Part shown: positions 40,582 through 51,760 of the stretch, piece after piece | Position numbering within the stretch: the first letter of the stretch is position 1 | How the letters are laid out: each line of letters begins with the position of its first letter | NCBI GenBank assembly: GCA_963763775.1 | Contig: CAVXPZ010000001.1 | Span: 64,001 to 128,000 of the forward strand | DNA from: an uncultured Chloroflexia bacterium | Lineage (GTDB): Bacteria; Chloroflexota; Limnocylindria; Limnocylindrales; CSP1-4 | Direction of reading: 5' to 3' | DNA length: 64,000 nt | Translations under genes and position numbers: made by a program | The notes under the pieces: model-generated | The model's database searches: none | Told to the model about the DNA's origin: nothing | What the model saw: the letters and a program-made list of their open reading frames with translations, nothing else

Positions 40582-41716
40582 TTACCCGGCCACGATCACC
40601 TGGCGCGTGTACCGGCCCTCGCGCATCGCGTCGAACGCGTCCTCGAGGTCGTCGAGCCCGATCCGCCGGTCGATGAGGCGGTCGATCGGCAGGCGGCCGT
40701 CGAGGTGGAGCTGAGCGTAGAGCGGGAAGTCGACGGCGGGGTCGGCGAACCCGTAGTTCGACCCGAGGATGCGGCGGCTGCCATCCACGAACGGGTAGAC
40801 CTCGAACGCGGCGCGCGCGCCGAGCGGCGTCATGCCGACGAGGACCGCGGCGCCGCCGAGCGGCAGGCTCTGGATCGCGAGTTCCACCGTGGCCGGCAGC
40901 CCGATGGCCTCGAACACGTAGTCGGGACCGCCGTCAGTCAGGTCGCGGAGCGCGGCCACGGTCTCGGCGTGTCCCGTGGCGAGCAGCCCGTCCGTGGCGC
41001 CCACGGTCGCGGCGACCGCCAGCTTGGCGGGCACGCGGTCGATCGCCACGATGCGCGACGCGCCCGCGAGCGCGGCGCCCATGACGCACGACAGGCCGAC
41101 TCCGCCGAGCCCGATGACCGCCACGGTCGAGCCTGGCTCGACGACCGCCGTCTTGAGCGACGGCCCCCACGCCGGTCGTCACGCAGCAGCCGATGAGCGC
41201 GGCCACCGCCGGGTCGACGCCGTCGGGGATGGGGATCGCGGCTGCTGCCGGTACCACGCTCGACTCCGCCATCGTCGCGATCGCGCAGTAGGCGAGCACG
41301 CCTTCGTCCGAGCTGCCGCCGGGCGCGTCGGACCCCCCGACGCGGGAGAACGGGACGGTGCCGTCGAGGAGCCGGTGCCGGAAGGACGGCGAGGCGGGGC
41401 ACGCCCACGGTCGTCCGCTCCGGCACGCCCGGCAGGTGCCGCACGGGATGAGCCACGAGAGGGCGACGGGCTGGCCGACCTGGAGCTCGACGCCCGGCCC
41501 GACGGCGTCCACCACGCCGGCGCCCTCGTGGCCCATCACCATCGGCGTCGGGCGGTCCCACTCGCCATCGCGGACGTGCAGGTCCGAGTGACACACCCCG
41601 GACGCGAGCATCCGCACGCGAACCTCGCCCGCCCGTGGCTCGATGAGCTCCAGTGTCTCGATCCGGGCCGGCTCGCCGACGGTCTCGAGGACGGCCGCCC
41701 GGGTGAGCGTGCTCAC
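40582..41716 (-). CDS. Zn-dependent alcohol dehydrogenase (class III-like); frameshift near 41160
   Basis: GVCHSD, MGHEGAG, CGTCRAC..C, IGCCVTTG, GLGGVG. Confidence 0.9.
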
Positions 41717-43413
41717 GTCTCGCCGGCCCGCCGGCGCTCGCGGTGCCGGAGGGCTTCGTACGGGACGTACGCCGGCCACCACATCGCGCCGTCGACGGCG
41801 GCGTCGGCCGCGTCCCCGAGCCTCGCCCGGGCGACGGCCACCGCGATCTCCCGTGACACGGCGCGCAGGGACCCGATCGGCGGGTAGAGGGCACCGGACG
41901 CCAGCCGGTCGTCGCTGACGTGTCCCGCGAGCGTCCGCGCGGCGGTCAGGAAGGTCGTGTCCTCGACCGTCGGCGCCTCCGCGACGATCGTCCCGAGCCC
42001 GACGCCCGGGAAGATGAAGACGTTGTTGGCCTGGCCGATCTCGGCGCGCCGGCCATCGAGCGTGACGGCATCGAACGGCGAGCCCGTCGCGACGAGCGCG
42101 CGACCCGCGGACCAGCGGAGGACGTCGGCGGGCGTCGCCTCGGAGGCCGAGGTCGGGTTCGAGAGCGGCAGGACGATCGGCATCGGGGTCTCGGCCGCCA
42201 TCGCGGCGATCATCGGCTCGGTGAACGTTCCGGCGACGCCCGTGACACCGACCAGCACGGTGGGTCGTCGCCCGCGGACCGTCTCGAGGAGGTCCGGCGT
42301 CGGGCCGCCGTCCTCGACCGCGGCGACCGCGAGCTCGCGCTTGGTCGCGTCGAGATCGTCACGACCTTGATGGACCAGCCCGCGCGAGTCGACGAGCGCC
42401 ACGGACTCGGCGGCCGTGGCCGGATCGATCCCGTCCTCGACCATCGCCAGGCGGAGGAGCCGCCCGATGCCGATCCCGGCCGCGCCAGCGCCGGCGATCA
42501 CGACGCGGGTCGAGGCCAGCGATCCGCCCGTCGCGCGGAGACCGGCGAGCACGCCCGCGAGGACCACCGCGGCCGTGCCCTGGACATCGTCGTTGAACGA
42601 CGGCACGCGGTCGCGGTACCGGTCCAGCAGGCGGAGCGCGTTCGCCTGCTTGAAGTCCTCGAACTGGATGAGGCACCCCGGCCACACCGCCTCGACGGCG
42701 GTGACGAACGCCTCGACGAGCGCGTCGTACTCGGCGCCGCGCAGGCGCGGGGCGCGGTAGCCGAGATAGAGCGGGTCGGCGAGAAGCGCCGGGTTGTCGG
42801 TGCCCACGTCGAGCGAGACCGGCAGCGTCAGCGACGGGTGGATCCCGCATGCCGCCGTGTAGAGCGCGAGCTTGCCGATCGGGATCGCCATGCCGCCGGC
42901 GCCCTGGTCGCCGAGACCGAGGATCCGCTCGTTGTCGGTGACGACCACGAGCCGGACGTCAGGGAAGGGGCCCTGGCGCAGCAGCTCGGGGATCCGGTCG
43001 CGGTCCGCGGGGGTGACCCACGTCCCGCGGGTCCGCCGGATGATGTGGCTGAACTCCTGGCAGGCGCGACCGACCGTCGGCGTATAGACGATCGGGAGGA
43101 ATTCCTCGAGGTGCTCCGCCATCAGCCGGTAGAAGAGCGTCGCATTGCGGTCCTGGAGCGCCGCGAGGCCGATGTAGCGTTCCAGGTCGTCGTGCTTGCG
43201 CCGCAGGTGCTCGAGCTCGAGGTCCACCTGCTCCTCGATCGTCAGGACCCGGTCGGGCAGCAGGCCGCGAAGGTGGAACACCTCCCGCTCGGCGTCGGGG
43301 AACGCGAGGTCCTTGGTCAACAGCCGGCTGCCGAGCAGCGCTGGCCCGGCCAGGCCGATGGCCGCGGGCCGACCCGCGGCGATGTCGTCGAACGGGTCGG
43401 GCAGGGGTCGCAT
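41713..43413 (-). CDS. maeA: NAD-dependent malic enzyme
   Basis: PIVYTPTVG, TDNERILGLGD, FEDF, FNDDVQGT, LSNPT, QANNVFIFPG; TATGCT 7 nt upstream. Confidence 0.93.
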   Translation of the reverse strand: MRPLPDPFDDIAAGRPAAIGLAGPALLGSRLLTKDLAFPDAEREVFHLRGLLPDRVLTIEEQVDLELEHLRRKHDDLERYIGLAALQDRNATLFYRLMAEHLEEFLPIVYTPTVGRACQEFSHIIRRTRGTWVTPADRDRIPELLRQGPFPDVRLVVVTDNERILGLGDQGAGGMAIPIGKLALYTAACGIHPSLTLPVSLDVGTDNPALLADPLYLGYRAPRLRGAEYDALVEAFVTAVEAVWPGCLIQFEDFKQANALRLLDRYRDRVPSFNDDVQGTAAVVLAGVLAGLRATGGSLASTRVVIAGAGAAGIGIGRLLRLAMVEDGIDPATAAESVALVDSRGLVHQGRDDLDATKRELAVAAVEDGGPTPDLLETVRGRRPTVLVGVTGVAGTFTEPMIAAMAAETPMPIVLPLSNPTSASEATPADVLRWSAGRALVATGSPFDAVTLDGRRAEIGQANNVFIFPGVGLGTIVAEAPTVEDTTFLTAARTLAGHVSDDRLASGALYPPIGSLRAVSREIAVAVARARLGDAADAAVDGAMWWPAYVPYEALRHRERRRAGET

Positions 43414-43518
43414 CGAGCCGAGCATAGACGGCTGGGCCACCGCCGTCCGTGGTCCCGGCCCACCATGGCCCCATCGCGGGATTGGCCTCTCGACCCGATC
43501 TGTGCGACCCTGCCGCCC

Positions 43519-45130
43519 ATGTCCGCGCGCATCCGGCCGATCGCCGCCGCCCTCGCGCTCCTGCTGACGGTCGGGGCCGCGCTCGACCATCGGGCCCGGG
43601 TCGGCGCTCGCGGCCGATTTCCCGGCGAAGGACTCGCGCTACCACTCGTACGCGGAGATGGTCCAGGTCCTCCAGGACACCCAGGCGGCGCACCCGGACA
43701 TCGTCCAGGTCCGGTCGATCGGCAAGAGCTACCAGGGCCGGGACATCTGGGCGGTGAAGGTCTCCGACAACGTGACGACCGACGAGGCCGAGCCCGAGGT
43801 CATGTTCGACTCGCTCCATCACGCGCGGGAGCACCTCTCGCTCGAGCAGGACCTGGCGCTCCTGCGCTGGCTCACCGACGGCTACGGGTCGGACGCCCGG
43901 ATCACGAAGATCGTGGACAGCACCGAGATCTGGATCATCCCGTCGGTCAACCCGGACGGCGCCGAGTACGACCTCACCGGCAACCCGTACCAGGAGTGGC
44001 GGAAGAACCGGCAGCCGAACGCCGGCTCCACGCACAAGGGCACCGACCTCAACCGCAACTACGGGTATCGCTGGGGCTGTTGCGGTGGCTCGTCGGGCTC
44101 GAAGGCGGCTGCGACGTACCGGGGCAAGGCCGCGTTCTCCGCGCCCGAGACGCAGGTGATGCGCGACTTCATGCTCAGCCGGCGCGTCGGCGGGCAGCAG
44201 CAGATCAAGCTCGCGATCACCTTCCACACGGCCGGCGAGCAGATCCTCTGGCCGTACGGCTACACGAAGACCGACATCCCCTCGGACATGACCGCCGACG
44301 ACCACGCCGCCCTCGTCCGCCTCGGCAAGGGCATGGCGACGCGGAACGGCTACACGGCGATGCAGTCCAGCAGCCTGTACGTGACCGACGGGGACGAGAT
44401 CGACTGGGCGTACGGCAGCCAGCGGATCTGGATGTTCACGATGGAGCTGTACCCGTCCCACAAGCAGGTGAGCTCGCTCGCCCGGTTCTACCCGCCCGAC
44501 GAGGTCATCGGCCGCGAGACCGCCCGCAACAAGGACGCGATCCTGTACCTGATCGAGCATGCCGGCTGCCGGTACTCGGTCAACCTCCAGACGAAGACCC
44601 ACTGCGGCCCGCTGTTCGACGACTTCGAGACCGCGAACGGCTGGACCGTGGACCCGCTCGGGACCGACACGGCCACCGGCGGCAAGTGGCAGCGCGGGAA
44701 CCCGGCGGCCACGACCCGCCAGGCGGGGACCGTCCCGTCCGGGTCGCGCGCCCTGGTCACCGGGCTCGCCGCCGGGTCGTCGTCGAACGCCAACGACGTC
44801 GACGGCGGCGTGACATCGGTCCGGTCCGCGCCGGTCACCCTCCCCGCCACGACCGGATCGCTGACCTTCCGCTACTACCTGGCGCACGCCTCGAACTCGT
44901 CGGCCGCGGACTACTTCCGCGCCTTCGTCGAGCGGGACGACGGGACCCGCACGCTGGTCCAGCAGGAGCGCGGTGCGGCGAACATCGACGCGCCGCGGTG
45001 GCGCACGGTGTCCGTGCCGATGACCCCGTGGGCCGGTCAGACCGTCCGGATCGTCTTCGAGGCGGCAGACCTGGCCGGCCCGAGCACGGTCGAGGCAGCC
45101 GTGGACGACGTCCGGATCACTCGCCCGTAG
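43519..45130 (+). CDS. M14 zinc carboxypeptidase (carboxypeptidase T-like) with C-terminal beta-sandwich; frameshift near 43585
   Basis: Signal peptide from 43519; [39 protein letters not shown]. Confidence 0.9.
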
Positions 45131-46223
45131 GACGCGGCAGGCGGACGGCGAACGTCGTCCCGCCACCCGCCGGCGTCGTCACCGCGATCGTGCCGCCGTG
45201 CGCCTCCACCAGGCCTCGCGCGATCGCGAGGCCCAGCCCGGAGCCGCGCGAGTCGTCCCCCTTGATGAACCGGTCGAAGACATGGGGGAGCAGCGCGGGA
45301 TCGATCCCCGGGCCGGTGTCGGCCACGGTCAGCGTGACCCACCCGGGCTCGGCTGTACCGCCGCCGAGCGTGACCGCGCCCCCGGACGGCGTGTGCCGGA
45401 GGGCGTTCGCGACGAGGTTGGTCAGGACTTCGCGGATCCGGACGGGGTCGATCTCGAGGAGCGGCAGGTCGCCATCGATCGCGGTCGCGAGCGTCACCCC
45501 GGCCGTCGCCGCTCCGGGCGTGAACGCGCGCATGACGTCGCCGATGAGGACGTCGGGGTCGGTCGGCTCCGGGTACAGCGGGAGGGTGCCCGCCTCGGCA
45601 AGGGTGATCGTGCGCAGGTCGTCGATCAGCCGTTCCAGGACGCGAGTCTCCTCGAGGATCGGCGCGAGGTGGGCGGCGTCGGGTGGGTACACGCCGTCGA
45701 TGATCGCCTCCAGGTTGCCCGTGATGACCGCCAGCGGCGTTCGGAGTTCGTGGCTGATGTCCGCGAGGAGCGTCCGTCGCTGCTCGTCGTCCGCCTCGAG
45801 GCGGGCGGCCATGGTGTCGAAGCCCGCCGCGAGGGACTGGATCGCCGGGACGTCGGACTCGGGCCGTCCGATGCGGACGCCGTAGTCGCCGCCCTCCACC
45901 CGCCCCGTCGCGTCGAGGATCAGGTCGAGCGATCGCGCGGCGCCGCGGAGCCCACGACCGACGGCCGCCATGATCCCGATCCCGCCGGCGACCGCGATGA
46001 CGGCCGGCACCGGCCCGAGGCTGGCCAGCAGCGACCCGACGACGAGGAGGATCGAGGCGGCGACGATGATGAAGACCAGACCCGCGAGGCACCCGAATCC
46101 GCGCTGGAACCGTCGACGGGAGTGCCGGCCCTGGCGGCGGATCGCCCGCATCCGTCGTTGCATCTCGCGTCGCCGGAGCACCTGCCGATCCGGCCCGACG
46201 TCCGCGCGCCGCGGCGCGGTCAT
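45117..46223 (-). CDS. HAMP sensor histidine kinase (BaeS-like, short intramembrane sensor)
   Basis: Two adjacent TMs, SHELRTP, NLVANA, DTGPGI, GSGLGL. Confidence 0.92.
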   Translation of the reverse strand: MTAPRRADVGPDRQVLRRREMQRRMRAIRRQGRHSRRRFQRGFGCLAGLVFIIVAASILLVVGSLLASLGPVPAVIAVAGGIGIMAAVGRGLRGAARSLDLILDATGRVEGGDYGVRIGRPESDVPAIQSLAAGFDTMAARLEADDEQRRTLLADISHELRTPLAVITGNLEAIIDGVYPPDAAHLAPILEETRVLERLIDDLRTITLAEAGTLPLYPEPTDPDVLIGDVMRAFTPGAATAGVTLATAIDGDLPLLEIDPVRIREVLTNLVANALRHTPSGGAVTLGGGTAEPGWVTLTVADTGPGIDPALLPHVFDRFIKGDDSRGSGLGLAIARGLVEAHGGTIAVTTPAGGGTTFAVRLPRPTGE

Positions 46224-46915
46224 CCGGCCGAGCCTCGGTCGTCGGCGAAACGGTAGCCCACGCCGTAGACGGTCAGGACGTACCGCGGCACACGCGGGTC
46301 CGGCTCGATCTTGCGGCGGAGGTTCTTGACGTGGGAGTCGATGGCCCGTTCGTACGACTCGAAGGCGACGCCGCGAACGGCGTCGAGCAACTGCGAGCGC
46401 GTGAAGATCCGGCCGGGGCTCGCGGCCATCGTCGAGAGGAGGCCGAATTCGGTCGCGGTCAGCTCGACGGACCGTCCGGCCACGGAAGCGTGCATGCGCG
46501 GCACGTCGAGGGTGACGTCCCCGGCCCGGATGACGTCACCCGGTTCCGCGGCCCGCTCGGTCCGGCGCAGCACCGCCTTCACGCGGGCGACGAGTTCTCT
46601 GGGCGAGAACGGCTTCGTGAGGTAGTCGTCCGCTCCGAGTTCGAGACCCAGCAGCTTGTCGATCTCGTCGTCGCGGGCGGTCAGCATGACGATCGGGATC
46701 GTGGAGTCGCGCCGGAGCTCGCGCGTGACCTCGAGGCCGTCGAGGCCGGGGAGCCCGATATCGAGGACGACCAGGTCCGGTCGCCGGCGACGGGCGGTCT
46801 CGACGGCGTCGCGGCCGTCCCCGGCCGTGAGGACGGCGAAGCCCGCGTGCTCGAGGTAGTCGCGGGCGAGTTGGACGATCTTCGGTTCGTCGTCGACGAC
46901 GAGGATGGTTCGCAT
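46220..46915 (-). CDS. OmpR-family response regulator
   Basis: ILVVDDE, DIGLP, GADDYLTKPF, IDSHVKNLRRK, GVGYRF; TACGAT 7 nt upstream. Confidence 0.93.
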   Translation of the reverse strand: MRTILVVDDEPKIVQLARDYLEHAGFAVLTAGDGRDAVETARRRRPDLVVLDIGLPGLDGLEVTRELRRDSTIPIVMLTARDDEIDKLLGLELGADDYLTKPFSPRELVARVKAVLRRTERAAEPGDVIRAGDVTLDVPRMHASVAGRSVELTATEFGLLSTMAASPGRIFTRSQLLDAVRGVAFESYERAIDSHVKNLRRKIEPDPRVPRYVLTVYGVGYRFADDRGSAG

Positions 46916-46938
46916 GCGGGCCATCGTAGAGGGCGGAT

Positions 46939-46967
46939 GCGCCCCCGGGGATGATGCCCGGGGGCGC
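46939..46967 (-). terminator. Stem-loop between membrane protein gene and response regulator
   Basis: GCGCCCCCGGG-7 nt-CCCGGGGGCGC. Confidence 0.5.
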
Positions 46968-46986
46968 GTGGGGGAGGGGAGGACGG

Positions 46987-47403
46987 TCAGCTCGCGGACG
47001 GGCCGGCCGGCGGTTCCGGCGGGGTCGCGTGCGCCTGGCGGTGCCAGTCGTCGAAGGTCCCGTGGAACTGGGAGGCGTAGCGGGCTCGCCGGGCGTCGGG
47101 ATCCCAGCCGGGACCCCAGCCGTGGCCGCGTCGGCCGCCGAAGATCACGGCCCGGATGAGGCCGATGACCAGGAACACGAAGAACAGGCTGAACAGCAGG
47201 CCGAAGAACCCGAAGCCGAAGCCCACGGGCCCCCACCCGAACCCGTAGGCGGGGACGACGACCGGGGCGACCACGGTCCCGGCGGCGACGGCTGTGGTCG
47301 TGACGGCCGCAGATAGGCCGGCTTGATAGGCGGTGGTGGCGATGATCCCGCCGCCGACCGCGAGGACGGCGACCAGGATGATCGCGGCGACGATGCGGGG
47401 CAT
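46987..47403 (-). CDS. Small two-TM membrane protein
   Basis: AGGAG SD; two hydrophobic segments; C-terminal FDDWHRQAH. Confidence 0.78.
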   Translation of the reverse strand: MPRIVAAIILVAVLAVGGGIIATTAYQAGLSAAVTTTAVAAGTVVAPVVVPAYGFGWGPVGFGFGFFGLLFSLFFVFLVIGLIRAVIFGGRRGHGWGPGWDPDARRARYASQFHGTFDDWHRQAHATPPEPPAGPSAS

Positions 47404-47472
47404 GGGCGCGGACTCCTTTGATCGGATGTCGGGACCCCCGATGGATCCCGTCGCCTCTCACGTTCGCGCCGC

Positions 47473-47494
47473 GATGTGGAGCGGATATGGAGGG
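47473..47494 (-). promoter_or_regulatory. Putative OmpR/BaeR-type tandem box
   Basis: 11-bp direct repeat GATGTGGAGCG / GATATGGAGGG upstream of the membrane protein-RR-HK genes. Confidence 0.5.
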
Positions 47495-47520
47495 GACGTG
47501 GGCGCCCCGTCGAGGAAGTC

Positions 47521-47549
47521 TTGACAGTGGCACGTCGCACTGGCACAAT
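47521..47549 (+). promoter_or_regulatory. Sigma70 promoter with overlapping dyad (probable MerR-type operator)
   Basis: TTGACA-17 nt-CACAAT; TGACAGTG-8 nt-CACTGGCA dyad; ATG 6 nt after the -10. Confidence 0.65.
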
Positions 47550-47555
47550 CGACCC

Positions 47556-48128
47556 ATGCCTGACGACCCGCGTTACAGCCTCTCGGAGCTTGCCGACCTC
47601 GCCGGGGTGACGCCGCGCACGGTGCGTTACTACCTCGCGAGCGGCCTCCTGCCGGGCGTCGGCCAGCCCGGCCCGGGCGCCAAGTACGGCGACGACCACC
47701 TCGATCGTCTGCGTGTCATCCGTCGGCTGCAGCGAGAGCATCTGCCGCTCGCCGAGATCCGGCACCGGCTGGCGGGCCTCGACGAGGCGACCATGCACGA
47801 CCTCGCGCACATCGACGAGGACGACCGCCCACCGGACTCGGCGCTCGAGTACGTCCGGTCCGTCCTCGGATCGGCCCCAGCGCCCATCTCCATGCCCCGC
47901 CAGTCGATGCCGGCCGGAAGCCTGCTGCGACGGGCGGCCCTGCCCGTCACCGAGCCCCTCGGCGACGCATCCAGCCCGACGACCTCGACCGTCGAGCGCT
48001 CCCAGTGGGAGCGTGTCGTGATCGCCCCCGACGTCGAGCTCCATGTCCGGCGTCCATCGAGTCGGACCCAGAACAAGCGGATCGATCGCCTGATCACGAT
48101 CGCGCGCGAGCTCCTCGAGGAGGATTGA
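47556..48128 (+). CDS. MerR-family HTH protein
   Basis: YSLSELADLAGVTPRTVRYY..GLL, LPLAEIR; C-terminal WERVVIAPDVELHV. Confidence 0.88.
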   Translation: MPDDPRYSLSELADLAGVTPRTVRYYLASGLLPGVGQPGPGAKYGDDHLDRLRVIRRLQREHLPLAEIRHRLAGLDEATMHDLAHIDEDDRPPDSALEYVRSVLGSAPAPISMPRQSMPAGSLLRRAALPVTEPLGDASSPTTSTVERSQWERVVIAPDVELHVRRPSSRTQNKRIDRLITIARELLEED

Positions 48129-48129
48129 C

Positions 48130-49416
48130 ATGACCACCGACCTTCGCTCCACCTTCGCGGTCCGACAGGACCGCCGCTACATCCGCCAGACCGCCCACAG
48201 CGAGCGGTTCGTCGTCGCGACGATCGAGGCGCCCCGGGCCGTGGGCACGCGACCTCGACCGCCGGTCAACCTCGCGATCGTGCTGGATCGCTCCGGGTCG
48301 ATGTCCGGGCAGAAGCTCGAGACGGCGAAGCACGCCGTCGAGGAGGCGGTCGCCCGACTCACGGCCGACGACCGGTTCAGCATCGTGGTCTATGACGACC
48401 GAGTCGATGTCGTCGTCCCATCGACACCCGCGACATCGGACGCCCGCCGGTCGGCGGTCGATCGGCTCGGCGAGATCCACGCGCGAGGGACCACGAACCT
48501 GGCGGAGGGCTGGCTTCGAGGCTGCGAGCAGGTCGCCGCCCATCTGACCGGCGACGGCATCGACCGCTGCCTCCTCCTGACCGACGGTCTCGCGAACGTC
48601 GGGATCACCGATCCTGGCGAGCTCGCCGCGCACGCCGCGGCGCTCCGGTCGCGCGGGGTCTCGACCACGACGTTCGGCGTCGGATCGGACTTCGACGAGC
48701 GCCTGCTCACCGACCTCGCCGACGCGGGTGGCGGGCATTTCTACTACATCGCTGACGCGCCGCAGATCCGGGACGCCATCACCTCCGAGGTCGGCGAGAC
48801 CCTCGAGGTCGTCGCGCGCGATGTCGTGCTCGATGTCACCGCTCGCGACGACATCCGCATCGATGCGATCACCCCGCATCGGGTCATGCGCCAGGGCGGA
48901 CGGACATCGGTGGCCATCGGCGACCTGGGCTCGGAGCAGGTGGTGGAGGTGGTGCTGCGCCTGTCGTTCCCCTATGGGGAGCCGGGGCAGGAGACCGGCG
49001 TGATCGTCGCGCTCGGCGATCGCGACGGCGTGCTCGAGGGGAGGGACGATGCGGCTCGGCTCACCTGGACCTACGCCGACCACCGCACCAACGACGCCCA
49101 GGCTCGCGATCCGGAGGTGGACCGGGTGGTCGCCCGGGTCTTCGCGGCCCGTGTCCGCCAGGAGGCCGTCGGCCTGAACCGCGACGGTCGGTATGACGAC
49201 GCCAGGAGGCTCCTGCGAGGGACCGGGCGACGCATCCGGGACTACGCCGGCCGCGACCCGGCCCTGCTCGGGATCGTCGCCACGCTGAGCGAGGAGGAGG
49301 CGCTCTACGCGGCGCCGATGGCCGAGCAGCAACGCAAGCAGCACTACTACGCGAGCGCCAACATGGCCCGCTCTCGCGACGCACAGGGACGCTCGATGAA
49401 GCGCCCGACGAGCTGA
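48130..49416 (+). CDS. vWA domain protein (YfbK-like)
   Basis: MIDAS DRSGSM, GTTNL, LLTDGLAN, FGVG..FDE; GAGGA SD. Confidence 0.92.
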   Translation: MTTDLRSTFAVRQDRRYIRQTAHSERFVVATIEAPRAVGTRPRPPVNLAIVLDRSGSMSGQKLETAKHAVEEAVARLTADDRFSIVVYDDRVDVVVPSTPATSDARRSAVDRLGEIHARGTTNLAEGWLRGCEQVAAHLTGDGIDRCLLLTDGLANVGITDPGELAAHAAALRSRGVSTTTFGVGSDFDERLLTDLADAGGGHFYYIADAPQIRDAITSEVGETLEVVARDVVLDVTARDDIRIDAITPHRVMRQGGRTSVAIGDLGSEQVVEVVLRLSFPYGEPGQETGVIVALGDRDGVLEGRDDAARLTWTYADHRTNDAQARDPEVDRVVARVFAARVRQEAVGLNRDGRYDDARRLLRGTGRRIRDYAGRDPALLGIVATLSEEEALYAAPMAEQQRKQHYYASANMARSRDAQGRSMKRPTS

Positions 49417-49521
49417 TCGGCCCAAACCCCTTGATTCGGTCGCGTATAGTCCGCGCGTAGAGGCGCCCGGAACGGATCCGCACGTGCCCAGCGGCGGTCG
49501 CCTGCACGGTTGGAGGGATCC

Positions 49522-50163
49522 ATGTCTCTGGAAGGCATCGTCATCGGACTCCTCGCCCTGGCCATCGGCCTCGGCTGGGCGTTCTACGGTCTGAAGGTCT
49601 TCACGATCCTCTTGCCCATCTGGGCGTTCTTCTTCGGCCTGACCTCCGGGGCACAGTGGAGTCAGGACATCTTCGGTCAGGGCTTCCTGAGCACGGTGCT
49701 CTCGTGGGGCATCGGCATCGTGTTCGGCGCCGTCCTCGCCGCCATCTCGTACTTCTGGTACTACGCGGCGATCACGATCGCCGGCGGTGCGCTCGGGTAC
49801 GTCCTGGGCGTCGGGTTCATGGATTGGCTCGGCATCGACGCCGCGATCCTGGGGATCATCGTCGGGCTCATCGTCGGCGCGGTCTTCGCGGCGGCGACGT
49901 TCCTCCTCGGCGTCCCGGCCTGGCTGATCATCCTGTTCTCCGGCATCAGCGGCTCTGCTGCGGCCGTCAACGGGGTGCTCATCCTCCTCGGGAGGATCAA
50001 GGTCGAAGACCTGAGCAGTGGCGTCGTCAACGGCCTGCTGACCGACACGACCATCGGCATCATCGCCTGGATCGTGCTGGCGGTCGTGGCGATCGTGTGG
50101 CAGACGCGGGACGTCGGCCGGACGGTCACGACGATCGAACGGACGAACTACCGCTACTACTAG
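49522..50163 (+). CDS. DUF4203 / TM7S3-TM198-like multi-pass membrane protein
   Basis: About 7 TMs; FYGLKVF..LPIW.FF.G pattern; TATAGT and GGAGGG upstream. Confidence 0.78.
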   Translation: MSLEGIVIGLLALAIGLGWAFYGLKVFTILLPIWAFFFGLTSGAQWSQDIFGQGFLSTVLSWGIGIVFGAVLAAISYFWYYAAITIAGGALGYVLGVGFMDWLGIDAAILGIIVGLIVGAVFAAATFLLGVPAWLIILFSGISGSAAAVNGVLILLGRIKVEDLSSGVVNGLLTDTTIGIIAWIVLAVVAIVWQTRDVGRTVTTIERTNYRYY

Positions 50164-50167
50164 GCAG

Positions 50168-51689
50168 GTGCATCCGCGGTCGCTCGTCGCCGCCATCGAC
50201 CAGGGGACGACGAGCAGCCGCTGCATCCTCTTCGACCATGCCGGGTCGATCGTCGCGAGTCACCAGCTGGAGCACGCGCAGATCACGCCCAGTCCCGGCT
50301 GGGTCGAGCACGACCCCGACGAGATCATCGAGCGCGTGCGCGCCTGCGTGCGCGTCGCGATGCGCGAGGCCGGCGCGGACGCGCGCTCGCTGGCGGCGGT
50401 CGGGATCAGCGACCAGCGTGAGACGACCGTCGTGTGGGACCGCCGCACCGGCCGTCCCGCCCACCCCGCCATCGTGTGGCAGGACACGCGCACGGCGGAG
50501 ATGGGCCGACGGCTCGCCGCGGCCGGCGACGGCGGCCTGGACCGGTTCCGTGCCACGACCGGGCTGCCCATCTCCACGTATTCGTCCGGGCTCAAGCTCG
50601 CCTGGATCCTCGACGCGCTCGGCGACGATGGCCGGGCGGCGGCCGGACGGGGCGACCTGCTCTTCGGCACGATCGACAGCTGGCTCATCTGGCACCTGAC
50701 GGGCGGGGTCCAGGGCGGCGTCCACGTCACGGACGTCACGAACGCCTCGCGGACGATGCTCATGGACCTCGAGCGACTGGCGTGGGACGGCGCGATCCTC
50801 GACGAGCTCCGCATCCCGCGCGCCATGCTGCCCGAGATCCGTGGCTCGTCGGAGGTGTACGGCGCGGGCACGGGCGATCTGGCCGGCGTACCGATCGCGG
50901 GGGACCTCGGCGACCAGCAGGCGGCCCTGTTCGGCCAGACGTGTTTCGAGGCCGGGCAGGTCAAGTGCACCTACGGGACCGGGTGCTTCCAGCTGATGCA
51001 CACGGGCGGGCGGCCCGTCCACTCCACGCATGGACTCATCACCACGGTGGCCGCGCGACTCGGCGGCCCGGGGACGCCGACGACCTACGCCCTCGAGGGC
51101 TCGGTGGCGGTCGCCGGCTCGTTGATCCAGTGGCTTCGCGATGACCTGGGCATCATCGGGGACGCCGCCGAGGTCGAGCCGCTCGCCGCGAGCGTGCCGG
51201 ACAGCGGGGACGTGGTCTTCGTCCCGGCGTTCAGCGGGCTGTTCGCCCCGCGCTGGCGCAGCGATGCGCGCGGGGTGATCGCCGGCCTCACCCGGTTCAC
51301 CACCAAGGCGCACATCGCGCGCGCCGCCCTCGAGGCGACCGCCTACCAGGTCTACGACCTCGACGAGGCGATGGCCGCGGACCTGGGCGCCGCGCTGTCC
51401 GGCGACATGCGCGTGGACGGCGGGATGACCCGCAACCAGCTCCTGATGCAGTTCCAGGCGGACATCCTGGGCCGACCGGTGGCCGCGCCGCCGATCCTCG
51501 AGACGAGCGCGCTGGGGGCGGCCTACGCGGCCGGCCTGGCCGTCGGGTTCTGGAGCGGGCTCGACGAGCTGAAGGCCATGGACCGGGTCGCGGCGCGCTG
51601 GGAGCCCGACATGGGCGACGCAGACCCGCGCCGCCGGCATCGCGCGGTGGCGCAAGGGGGTCGAGCGGTCGCTGGACTGGGTCGACTGA
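50168..51689 (+). CDS. glpK: Glycerol kinase; frameshift near 51630
   Basis: [50 protein letters not shown]; C-terminal [13 protein letters not shown] in a shifted frame. Confidence 0.95.
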
Positions 51690-51760
51690 ACGGTCCGCGC
51701 CGACTGGACGGTCGGTGCCACCATGGAACGCATGGCGCGTTTGCGGGGATCCGGTCGGCG

